A stretch of DNA of 64,000 nucleotides, from positions 22,908 to 86,907 of the forward strand of contig JAYPJE010000013.1 of assembly GCA_038128265.1 (NCBI GenBank), given 5' to 3'. Within the stretch, counting starts at the first letter, position 1, and each line of letters begins with the position of its first letter. The notes beneath the pieces were generated by a model. It searched no databases, was not told where the DNA came from, and saw nothing but the letters and a program-made list of their open reading frames with translations. The translations under genes were made by a program, and so were the position numbers. The stretch comes from Gemmatimonadota bacterium (lineage in GTDB: Bacteria > Latescibacterota > UBA2968 > UBA8231). Shown one piece after another: positions 1 to 8,825 of the stretch.

Positions 1-2
1 TT

Positions 3-1553
3 TTTCGCCCGTCGAATGAGGTTGCCGACGATGAGGATGGCCATTGGGTAGTCGAAGCGTATCAGGCTCCGCTGCGCTTTGATGGACTGGTCGACAGCGC
101 AGTAGTTGCCATACGACAAGAGCCGTCGGGCGAGGTGTTGCGCAACCGCCTGCTGCGCAGTCAGGAAGCGGTCTTTGCCGACGTGAGCGCTCAGAGCGGT
201 GCGGACGATGCAGGCTATGGTATGGGCGTGGCCGTTGGTGATTATGACGGCGATGGGCATGCCGATTTATACGTGACGAATTACGGCGTCAATGCCCTCT
301 ATCGGAACGGCGGAAGAGGCTCCTTTATCGATGAGACGGCCAGCGCGGGCGTGGGCGATCCGCACTGGGGCAGCAGCGCTGCGTTTTTTGATGCAGACAA
401 CGACGGCGATCTCGATCTATACGTGGTGAATTACCTCGACGCGAGTCCAGCGAATAATCGCCTGTGCGGCAGTGCTGTATCGACGGCCAACAGTTCGGTG
501 GGGCGCTCGCTGTTGGTGCCGCGCGATCGCCGCACGTATTGCAGCCCGCGTCGCTACAACGGTGCCCCCGACGTGCTCTATCGCAACGAGGGCGACGGGA
601 CGTTTACCGATATATCGCGTGACAGCGGCGTGTTTAACGTCTACGGTAAAGGCTTGGGCGTGGCGGCTGCCGATCTGGATCTGGACGGCGACGTCGACTT
701 GTTTGTCGCCAATGATGGAATGCGCAATTTCTTCTACCGCAACGACGGTGAACGCTTTGTCGAGACGGCCTTAGAAGCGGGGTTGGCCTACAATGGCCAG
801 GGGCAGCCCGAAGCGGGTATGGGCATAGCCGCTGCCGACTACGACTACGACGAAGACGTCGATTTGCTTGTGACCAATTTCTCGCGCGAGAGCAATACGC
901 TCTATCGCAACGAGGGGCAGGGAAAGTTTAGCGATGGGAGCGACGTTGTCGGATTGCAGGAGAGCACGTTTCTGCCCTTGGGCTTTGGCGCGCTCTTTTT
1001 TGATGCCGATAACGATACAGACCAAGATGTCTTTATTGCCAACGGGCACGTCCTCGATCGCGTGGCACAGCAGGATGCCGATTTGCGCTACGAGCAGGCC
1101 AACCAGCTTTTCCTCTACCGAGACAGCGCGTTTGTAGATGCTTCTGCAGAGAGCGGTCCAGCCTTTGCGTTGGAATGGGTTTCGCGCGGTGCCGCATCCG
1201 GCGACTACGACAACGACGGCGATATCGACCTGTTGGTCACTAATGGAAATGGCCCCGCCGTTCTCTATCGAAACGACAGCCCTGCGCGCCACTGGCTCTC
1301 TGTTGAACTGGTCGGCGTTGGAGACAACCGCGATGCCGTCGGCGCCCGCGTGCAGCTGCGCTGTGGCCAGCAGGTGCAGACGCGTCAGCGATTAGGGGGA
1401 GGATCCTATTTGTCCGCCAGTGACCCTCGTCTGCACTTTGGCTTGGGAACCTGCGCGTCCGTAGACGAGTTGGTAATTACCTGGCCAAGCGGTCAGCGTC
1501 AAGCACTGGCCGGCGTGTCTGCAAATCAATTTCTGCGCGTCATTCAGGAGTGA
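3..1553 (+). CDS. CRTAC1-family FG-GAP/VCBS repeat beta-propeller with C-terminal ASPIC/UnbV domain (5'-truncated)
   Basis: Repeated GDYDxDGxxDLYVxN...LYRNxG motifs; C-terminal NRDAVGARV...GGGSYLSASDPRLHFGLG. The frame is open back to base 3, so the true start lies upstream of the window. Confidence 0.9.
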   Translation, partial: FRPSNEVADDEDGHWVVEAYQAPLRFDGLVDSAVVAIRQEPSGEVLRNRLLRSQEAVFADVSAQSGADDAGYGMGVAVGDYDGDGHADLYVTNYGVNALYRNGGRGSFIDETASAGVGDPHWGSSAAFFDADNDGDLDLYVVNYLDASPANNRLCGSAVSTANSSVGRSLLVPRDRRTYCSPRRYNGAPDVLYRNEGDGTFTDISRDSGVFNVYGKGLGVAAADLDLDGDVDLFVANDGMRNFFYRNDGERFVETALEAGLAYNGQGQPEAGMGIAAADYDYDEDVDLLVTNFSRESNTLYRNEGQGKFSDGSDVVGLQESTFLPLGFGALFFDADNDTDQDVFIANGHVLDRVAQQDADLRYEQANQLFLYRDSAFVDASAESGPAFALEWVSRGAASGDYDNDGDIDLLVTNGNGPAVLYRNDSPARHWLSVELVGVGDNRDAVGARVQLRCGQQVQTRQRLGGGSYLSASDPRLHFGLGTCASVDELVITWPSGQRQALAGVSANQFLRVIQE

Positions 1554-1557
1554 ATAC

Positions 1558-3198
1558 ATGAAGGTTGTTGCTGCGATAGGCGCGCTGGTCGCTGCGCTCA
1601 ACGGACAGGTAATAGCCGAGGGGCTGTATTTTGTCGATGCGACCGGCGCTGCGGGTATTGAATTGGTCAACACCTCGGGTTCCGACCAGCGCTATATTGT
1701 CGAGGGTATGATGGGAGGCTCGGCCTTTTTCGACTACGATAACGATGGCGATGTCGACCTCTATATAGCCAACGGCTCGTCGTTTGATGGCTTTGAAGAG
1801 GGCCAACATCCGCGCAATGCGCTCTATCGCAACGACGGCAGCGGGTTGTTTCACGACGTGACGGCATCCGCGGCTGTCGGCGACACCAGCTGGTCTATGG
1901 GCTGCGCTGTCAGCGACTACGATAACGACGGCGATGCCGACCTATACGTGAGCAATTACGGTCGCAATACGCTCTATCAAAACGAGGGTAATGGCACCTT
2001 TGTCGATGCGACGGACGCGGCCGGCGTGGGAGATCGCCGATGGGGAACGGGCGTGGCGTTTGCCGATTATGACCGCGATGGCGATGCGGATCTCTACGTG
2101 GCTAACTACGTAGACTTTTCGCTCGAATACGAGTCGCCGATTCCCTGCCTGTGGAAAAATGTCAGCGTGTACTGCGGTCCCGTAGGGTTGCTGCCGGCCG
2201 CCGATGTGCTCTATCGCAACGAGGGCGACGGCACCTTTGTCGACGTGACAAAGACCGCTGGCCTTTCGGCTGAAAAATTCTACGGGATGAGTGCGCTGTG
2301 GGGCGATTACGACGACGACGGTTGGCCCGACCTCTTTGTCGCCGATGATTCGACGCCAAACAAACTCTACCACAACGAGGGCGATGGCACCTTTGTCGAG
2401 TCTGCGCTGATGGCCGGCGTCGCCTACAGCGGCGAAGGGGTAGAGCAGGGGTGCATGGGCGTGGCATGGGGCGATTATAACGACAATGGGCGCGCCGATA
2501 TCTTTGTGACCAATTTTGCCGACGAGGCCAACGCGCTCTACGACAACGAAGGCGGCGGCTTTTTCACCGACGTCGCATTTTCATCGGGTATAGGCCGTGC
2601 AGATCGCCGGCTGGTCGCTTGGGGTACGGGTTTTTTCGATGCGGATAACGACGGTGACCTCGACCTCTTTGTCGCCAATGGGCATACCTATCCGGAGGCA
2701 AATAGACCTCTGCTCAACTCGAGCTACGAGCAGCTCAACTCGCTCTTTGAAAATCGCGGCGGTCAGTTTGTCGAAGTGACGGCCGATGCCGGTCCGGGGT
2801 TATCCGTGCGCAGCGTGAGTCGCGGGGCGAGCTTTGCCGATTACGATGCGGATGGGGACGTGGATATTTTCGTCCTAAACCTCAATGCGCTGCCGACGCT
2901 GCTGCGCAACGACGGCCACGCGCAGCGTCACTACCTACAGGTGAAGCTGGTTGGCAGGGACAGCAATCGCGATGGCATCGGTGCCCGCGTCCGCGTCGAG
3001 GCTGGTGGACGCATCCGGCACGCCGAGGTGCAGAGCGGGGGCAGCTACCTGTCGCACAGCGATATGCAGCTGCACTTTGGCCTGGGCACTAGCGAGCGCG
3101 TAGATCGTCTGATTGTCGACTGGCCCAGCGGACGACGGCAGGAGATGGTTGAGATCGGGGCCGATCAGCAGCTCACGGTGTATGAGCCAATCGACTAA
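1558..3198 (+). CDS. CRTAC1-family FG-GAP/ASPIC-UnbV protein, secreted
   Basis: Signal peptide MKVVAAIGALVAAL; DYDNDGDxDL repeats; NRDGIGARV...SGGSYLSHSDMQLHFGLG; AGGAG RBS upstream. Confidence 0.92.
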   Translation: MKVVAAIGALVAALNGQVIAEGLYFVDATGAAGIELVNTSGSDQRYIVEGMMGGSAFFDYDNDGDVDLYIANGSSFDGFEEGQHPRNALYRNDGSGLFHDVTASAAVGDTSWSMGCAVSDYDNDGDADLYVSNYGRNTLYQNEGNGTFVDATDAAGVGDRRWGTGVAFADYDRDGDADLYVANYVDFSLEYESPIPCLWKNVSVYCGPVGLLPAADVLYRNEGDGTFVDVTKTAGLSAEKFYGMSALWGDYDDDGWPDLFVADDSTPNKLYHNEGDGTFVESALMAGVAYSGEGVEQGCMGVAWGDYNDNGRADIFVTNFADEANALYDNEGGGFFTDVAFSSGIGRADRRLVAWGTGFFDADNDGDLDLFVANGHTYPEANRPLLNSSYEQLNSLFENRGGQFVEVTADAGPGLSVRSVSRGASFADYDADGDVDIFVLNLNALPTLLRNDGHAQRHYLQVKLVGRDSNRDGIGARVRVEAGGRIRHAEVQSGGSYLSHSDMQLHFGLGTSERVDRLIVDWPSGRRQEMVEIGADQQLTVYEPID

Positions 3199-3211
3199 TA
3201 AGGGCCGATTT

Positions 3212-5410
3212 ATGTGCCGGAGTGTCGGAAGTGCCAGTCGGTCGGCGGTGGCGTGTGCAGTGTATCTTTTCATATGCGCTACTGCGGTTGCCGAAGAAGG
3301 TGGCCGCGAAGTGGCGAACCGGCTGCGCGCACTTGCCCACACGACTCAGGTTGAGCTGAACGGAGATCTCAACCGAATGCGGATTGACTCGCTGCGCCGA
3401 GCGATTGCGGAAGCCCCCAACTGGTCGCGTGCGGCGCGGCTGCGCTTGGAACTGGGCGATCAACTGCTGCGCGCCGGCCGCACGCGCGAGTCGATTGATG
3501 CATTTCGCTACGTGCAGCATGAGCTAGTGCGGCGCAAGAGCACGGCGCCGCTGCGGGCAACGTGGCCGCTGCACGCGTTTTTGGGTCTGGCCCACATGCG
3601 TTTGGCCGAGCAGGAAAACTGCCTGGAACTCCACAACACCGAATCGTGCCTACTGCCCATATCGCCGGCCGGCGTGCATGCGCTGCAGGAAAGCGCGCGC
3701 CAGGCGCTCTCTGAATACGGCCAGGTGTTGGCGCAGCGACCAGACGACGGCGCGGCGCGGTGGCTGCTGAATATTATCCACATGACCTTAGGTGACTATC
3801 CGCACGGAGTGCCGGCAGCGTGGCGCATTGACCCCGAAGTCTTTGCATCAGAAGGCGATATGGGTCGCTTGCGCGACGTAGCGTCGGCGCTGGGCGTCGA
3901 TGCGCTGGGGCTTTCCGGTGGCAGCATCGTCGAAGATTTCGACGGCGATGGCGACCTAGATATCATGGCTTCCTCGTGGGGGTTGGACGATCCGCTGCAG
4001 CTCTTTCTCAATGGGGGCGATGGCACCTTTACCCAACGCGGTGCCGCGGCCGGCCTGAGCGAACAGCTCGGCGGCTTGAACATGGTGCACGCAGACTACG
4101 ACAACAACGGTTATGCCGATGTGCTCGTCCTTAGGGGAGCGTGGTGGAACAGGGAGGGGCATCATCCCAATTCGCTGTTGCGCAACGAAGGCGGCCGCTT
4201 TGTCGACACCACCGTAGAGACGGGCTTGCTCTCGTTCCATCCCACGCAGACGGCGGCGTGGGGCGACTATGACAACGATGGGTTTGTCGACCTATATATT
4301 GGCAACGAGTCGAACGACTGGGAGCGGCACCCCTGCGAACTCTTCAACAATAGAGAGGGAGTCAAATTCGTCGAACGGGCGCAGAGTGAAGGGGTCGATA
4401 ATGTGGGCTATGTCAAGGGCGTTGCTTGGGGCGACTACGACAACGACGGCGATATCGATCTCTTCCTTTCGCGCATGGGTCAGGTGAATGCGCTCTACCG
4501 CAACGACGGCGAGCAGGGGTTCAGCGAACGGGGTGCCGATGCTGGTGTGACCGAGCCGGTGTGGAGCTTTCCCACGTGGTTTTTCGACTACGACAACGAC
4601 GGTTGGCTCGACCTATTTGTCGCCGGCTACGACAACGATGCAATTGATATCGCTGCCGTCTATTTGGGGCAGGCATCGTCGGCTTCGCGCTCTCAGCTAT
4701 TTCGCAACGGCACAGATGGTCGTTTCACCGCGATCGAATCGGGTCTGGAAGGGGCGGTGTTGGTCATGGGGGCCAACTACGGCGATGTGGACAACGACGG
4801 TTTCGCCGACGTGTACTTGGGTACCGGCAATCCGGATTTGCGTTCGCTATTGCCCAATCGGATGTTTCGCAACGACGGGGGACAGCGGTTCCTAGACGTG
4901 ACCAGCGCGGCGGGCATGGGCCATCTGCAAAAGGGGCACGGCATCGGCTTTGGCGATTTGGACAACGACGGCGACCAGGATGTCTACCAGGTAATGGGCG
5001 GTGCCTACTCGGGGGATGGGTATTACAATGTGCTCTACGCCAACCCCGGTCATGACAACCGCTGGATAACGCTTAAGCTAGAGGGCGTATCGTCGAGCCG
5101 GGACGCAATCGGAGCGCGGATTCAGGTGCGCGTGCGCGAGCATGACGGCGAGCGCGATATATGGGTGGTTGCCGGAAGTGGGGGGAGTTTCGGCGGATCC
5201 AGTCTGCAGCAGGAAGTCGGTCTGGGAAGGGCCGATGCAATTGATTTTGTCGACGTGCGCTGGCCGGCAACCGGTATCGTAGAGCGCTTTGACGGTGTTG
5301 CGATGGATGAGGCGTGGCTGCTGCGCGAAGGAGCGGGAAGGGCGGTGCCTATAAAACGGTCGGTGTTCGACCTGATGCAGGCGGCAGAGCAGGGCAATGG
5401 ACATCACTGA
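3212..5410 (+). CDS. CRTAC1-family protein with N-terminal helical/TPR-like region
   Basis: Start moved to ATG 3212 to avoid overlap and give a signal peptide. EQENC...SCLLP motif, FG-GAP repeats, GHLQKGHG, and C-terminal GGSFGGSSLQQEVGLG. Confidence 0.88.
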   Translation: MCRSVGSASRSAVACAVYLFICATAVAEEGGREVANRLRALAHTTQVELNGDLNRMRIDSLRRAIAEAPNWSRAARLRLELGDQLLRAGRTRESIDAFRYVQHELVRRKSTAPLRATWPLHAFLGLAHMRLAEQENCLELHNTESCLLPISPAGVHALQESARQALSEYGQVLAQRPDDGAARWLLNIIHMTLGDYPHGVPAAWRIDPEVFASEGDMGRLRDVASALGVDALGLSGGSIVEDFDGDGDLDIMASSWGLDDPLQLFLNGGDGTFTQRGAAAGLSEQLGGLNMVHADYDNNGYADVLVLRGAWWNREGHHPNSLLRNEGGRFVDTTVETGLLSFHPTQTAAWGDYDNDGFVDLYIGNESNDWERHPCELFNNREGVKFVERAQSEGVDNVGYVKGVAWGDYDNDGDIDLFLSRMGQVNALYRNDGEQGFSERGADAGVTEPVWSFPTWFFDYDNDGWLDLFVAGYDNDAIDIAAVYLGQASSASRSQLFRNGTDGRFTAIESGLEGAVLVMGANYGDVDNDGFADVYLGTGNPDLRSLLPNRMFRNDGGQRFLDVTSAAGMGHLQKGHGIGFGDLDNDGDQDVYQVMGGAYSGDGYYNVLYANPGHDNRWITLKLEGVSSSRDAIGARIQVRVREHDGERDIWVVAGSGGSFGGSSLQQEVGLGRADAIDFVDVRWPATGIVERFDGVAMDEAWLLREGAGRAVPIKRSVFDLMQAAEQGNGHH

Positions 5411-5422
5411 AGAGTCGGCGTT

Positions 5423-7165
5423 CTAGTGGCCTGCTTCCAAAGCGGCTATGGCACCGGCTACGCGTTCGGCTCCGGCACTGTGCACGCCGAGTCGTTCGTA
5501 CAGGGCGCGCGCCTTGCGCAGGTGTTCCAGGGCCTGCGCACCGTTGCCCTGATCGCGAAGGACGAGCCCTATATTGCCCAGACAGTCCGCCTGGCCGCGC
5601 GGATGGTCGATCAGATCGAATATGTAGAGCGCATTTTGAAACGATGCGAGTGCTTGCCCGAGCCGGTTCTGATTAAAGTGAATGTTGCCAATATTGCTCA
5701 ACTCGGCGGCCTGTCCCTGGCGATGGCCGATGCGAGTAAAAATGTGCAGCGCCTCGTCGTATGCCGTTAGTGCCTGGTCGAAAGCGCCCCGCTGCACGTG
5801 CACGGCCCCGATATTGTCCAGCTGAGTTGCTCCTTCGATATGGCGGTCAAAACGCCGATAGATTTGCAGCGCCTCGCGGTAGGCGACCAGTGCGTCTTCT
5901 AACCGACCAAGGCCTTGGTTAAGCGCCCCGAGCTTGTCCAGCTGTTCGGCCTGTCCGCTGGGGTGATCGATCTGGCGAAAGAGCGCGAGGGCGCGCTGGT
6001 AAAAGGCCAACGCCTCCTGCCGGCGTCCCTGCAGAATGTGGATTGTGCCGATGTGATCGAGCTGGGTGGCCTGTTCGCGAAATTGGTTGGTGGCGACGAA
6101 TATCTCGAGCGCCGCCCGGTGGGAGCGCAGCGCTTGCTCCAACTGTCCCTGAAGAAAATAGACCTTGCCGACCTCGGCGTGCAGCGCCCCCGTCTCGCTG
6201 TCCGGCGCGATTTGCTTGCTCAGTATGAGCGACTGCTCAAGCGCGCTGAGCGTTTTTTCGAGGTCGCCCTGACGGCGGTGAACTAGCCCAATTCCGTTGA
6301 GCTGGGTGAGCTGTCCGCGCAGGTAGCCTACGTCGCGGTAGACCGCTAGCGCATCTTCGTAGGATTTGAGAGCGTGGTCGAACTGTCCGCGCTCAAAGCG
6401 CACGTTGCCGATGTTGCCAAGCGCGCGCCCTTGTCCGCGCTTATAGCCAATGGCCTGGTTGATCGCCAGCGCTTCCTTGTAGTGGGTGAGTGCGCTGTCG
6501 AGCTGTCCGCGCAGAATATGGATGGTGCCGAGGCGATCCAAATCCTGTGCCTCCCCGCGGCGGTAGGCGACCTGGCGGTTTGTGGCGAGCGCCGTAGTCA
6601 GAGCGGTATGCGCGCTATCCAAATCGCTTCGCAAGAAATAGACCATGCCGATATTGCCCAAGCTCGCCGCAATACCGGTCGGCTGGTCGACGGTTTGGTA
6701 GATTGTCAGCGCTTCCTGAAAGCTGGCTAGCGCCTGATCCAAGCTGTTTTGATTGGCATATGCGTTGCCGAGGTTGCCGAGAAAAGCCGCGGTGAGAAAG
6801 CGATCATCGCGCTGCCGACTGAGCGCAAGTCCAGCGCTCAGCTCCCGCGCTGCGGATGCGAGATCGGACATGCTGATAAGAGCGATCCCCAAGTTGAGCC
6901 GTGTCGCCAGCGTTGGCGTGTGTTCAATGGATTGTCGATAGGCGGTAGATGCCGCGTCAAAGCGGTTTGCGGCAAAGTGCGTTTCGGCCTGTGTGAAGAG
7001 CTGGCCGGCCGGGCTGTCGAGGTCGGCCTCAGCTGAAAAACCAGCCGCAGTCGCCTTGGGGGCAACGGCTCCGCCGGGGCCCTCGTACGGTTCGAGCAGC
7101 GGTGGTGGTTCAGCGCAGGAAATGCAGAGAGCTACAATAGCCCAGCGTGCATGTGTGTTGGACAT
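5423..7165 (-). CDS. TPR-repeat protein (12 x 40-aa repeats), probable lipoprotein
   Basis: LxNIGxVY...G..DxAL..Y..AL.I repeats at an exact 40-aa period; N-terminal hydrophobic stretch ending CISC. Confidence 0.88.
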   Translation of the reverse strand: MSNTHARWAIVALCISCAEPPPLLEPYEGPGGAVAPKATAAGFSAEADLDSPAGQLFTQAETHFAANRFDAASTAYRQSIEHTPTLATRLNLGIALISMSDLASAARELSAGLALSRQRDDRFLTAAFLGNLGNAYANQNSLDQALASFQEALTIYQTVDQPTGIAASLGNIGMVYFLRSDLDSAHTALTTALATNRQVAYRRGEAQDLDRLGTIHILRGQLDSALTHYKEALAINQAIGYKRGQGRALGNIGNVRFERGQFDHALKSYEDALAVYRDVGYLRGQLTQLNGIGLVHRRQGDLEKTLSALEQSLILSKQIAPDSETGALHAEVGKVYFLQGQLEQALRSHRAALEIFVATNQFREQATQLDHIGTIHILQGRRQEALAFYQRALALFRQIDHPSGQAEQLDKLGALNQGLGRLEDALVAYREALQIYRRFDRHIEGATQLDNIGAVHVQRGAFDQALTAYDEALHIFTRIGHRQGQAAELSNIGNIHFNQNRLGQALASFQNALYIFDLIDHPRGQADCLGNIGLVLRDQGNGAQALEHLRKARALYERLGVHSAGAERVAGAIAALEAGH

Positions 7166-7168
7166 GGG

Positions 7169-8818
7169 CTACGGTGCCGGTGTGGGCTGAACTACGCGCA
7201 GGATCTGGTTGGCGGCCACGTCTTTAACCTGCTGTATCTGGCCATCGGGCCAGCGTATTTCGAGGTCGGCTTGAGTCGCTGTGCCCAGGCCGAAGTGCAG
7301 CCGTGGATCATGCGATGAAAGGTAAGATCCCCCCGATTGGCGCTCGCGGATTTGCGGTGGACCCGCCGCCGCGATTGCCGTAACGAGCGTGCCGAGTGCG
7401 TCGCGCTGCTGGGCTCCAACCAACTCGACGGTCAGCCAGTTGTTTTGGTTGCCGCCGTCGTTGCGCAGCAGGCGTGGCGGATCGGCTACGCCGTTTACCA
7501 AAAGGTCGAGGTCGCCGTCGTTGTCGTAGTCGGCTACCGCAGTGCCTCGACCCACATTCCTGACGGCGAAGCTCGCGCCAGACTGGGCCGAAACGTCGAG
7601 AAAGCGCCGCTTGCCTGCCCTCATGTCGTTGCGCAGGAGCTGATTGGTCTGGTAGTAGGATAGGTTGCCGGTAGTATCTATATCATCCATTAGGTCGAGG
7701 ACGTGGCCGTTGGCAACAAAGAGATCGAGATCGGCATCGTTGTCGTAGTCGAGGAATTTGGTGCCGAAGCCAAGCGGGTCATAGGTGGGTTCTGCTAGGT
7801 CGACCTCGGCCGATACATCGGCGAAGTAGGTTCCTTCGCTGTTGCGATACAGCGTATTGGTCTCAAAGCCGAAGTTGGTTACAAAGATATCCTGGTAGCC
7901 GTCGTTGTCGTAGTCGCCAAAATCGACGCCCATACCCGCTTCGGCGCGTCCGTCTTCGTTGTAGCGCGTGCCGGCCTGCAGGCCGATTTCGGCGAAGTGC
8001 CCGCGGCGGTTTTCGTAGAGGAAATTCATGGTGCCGTCGTTGGCGACGTAGATGTCGGTGTCGCCGTCGCGATCAAAATCCGCCAGGGCCACCCCGAGTC
8101 CGCGCCCGGCCAATTCGATGCCGGCCTCGTCCGTCACGTCGGTGAAGCGTTCGCCGTCGTTGCGGTAGAGCAGGTCACCGACGGGCTCGTAGGCCTGAGG
8201 GCGGCAATAGGTGCGGATTCTCCCCTCTTTGCAGATGACGTTGCGATCGAGATCGAAGTCGACGTAGTTGGTGGCGAAGAGGTCTAGATCGCCGTCGAGG
8301 TCGTAGTCGATAAAGGCACAGCTCGTGCCCCAACGGCGATCGCCGACGCCCGCTTCTTGGGTCGCGTCGACAAAGTGTCCTCCGTCATTCCTATAGAGTG
8401 CGTTGGGACCAAAGTTGGTCACGTAGAGATCGGCGTCGCCGTCGTTGTCGTAGTCGCCGACGGCAACCCCCATTCCATACCGCATATCGGCAGCGCCGGC
8501 ATCGACCCGTGCAAAGGTGCCATCGCCTCTGTTGCGATAGAGTTGGTTGGCGGGTAGTGGATCGGGAGCAAGGCCCTTGAGATAGGTTCCGTTGACTAGG
8601 TAGATATCGAGCCAGCCGTCGCCGTCGTAGTCGACGAAAGCCGAACCCGGTCCAAAGGTTTCCACGTAGTAGTACTCTTCAGAGAACCCGTTGTAGTGCT
8701 CGAAATCCAGGCCGACGTCCACCTCTTCGTAGTGAACGGGAGCGGCGGTAGCTATGGGTTTGGAATCGGGAGAACAGCCGGCTAAGAGCGCGGCGCAACC
8801 GATGAGAAAACGCAGCAT
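7169..8818 (-). CDS. CRTAC1-family FG-GAP/ASPIC-UnbV lipoprotein
   Basis: Lipobox LLAGC; DYDNDGDxD repeats; SGGSYLSSHDPRLHFGLG. Confidence 0.92.
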   Translation of the reverse strand: MLRFLIGCAALLAGCSPDSKPIATAAPVHYEEVDVGLDFEHYNGFSEEYYYVETFGPGSAFVDYDGDGWLDIYLVNGTYLKGLAPDPLPANQLYRNRGDGTFARVDAGAADMRYGMGVAVGDYDNDGDADLYVTNFGPNALYRNDGGHFVDATQEAGVGDRRWGTSCAFIDYDLDGDLDLFATNYVDFDLDRNVICKEGRIRTYCRPQAYEPVGDLLYRNDGERFTDVTDEAGIELAGRGLGVALADFDRDGDTDIYVANDGTMNFLYENRRGHFAEIGLQAGTRYNEDGRAEAGMGVDFGDYDNDGYQDIFVTNFGFETNTLYRNSEGTYFADVSAEVDLAEPTYDPLGFGTKFLDYDNDADLDLFVANGHVLDLMDDIDTTGNLSYYQTNQLLRNDMRAGKRRFLDVSAQSGASFAVRNVGRGTAVADYDNDGDLDLLVNGVADPPRLLRNDGGNQNNWLTVELVGAQQRDALGTLVTAIAAAGPPQIRERQSGGSYLSSHDPRLHFGLGTATQADLEIRWPDGQIQQVKDVAANQILRVVQPTPAP

Positions 8819-8825
8819 AGGGCCC

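Noticed and set aside
3113..3211. Long N-terminal extensions in the ORF track (also 16404, 27095, 13840, 47886, 62297)
   Set aside because: Downstream starts have better RBS and/or signal peptides and avoid overlap with neighbouring genes.
3..8818. Enediyne biosynthetic cluster suggested by UnbV-like domains
   Set aside because: No PKS or other enediyne cassette genes are present; ASPIC/UnbV proteins are widespread outside such clusters.
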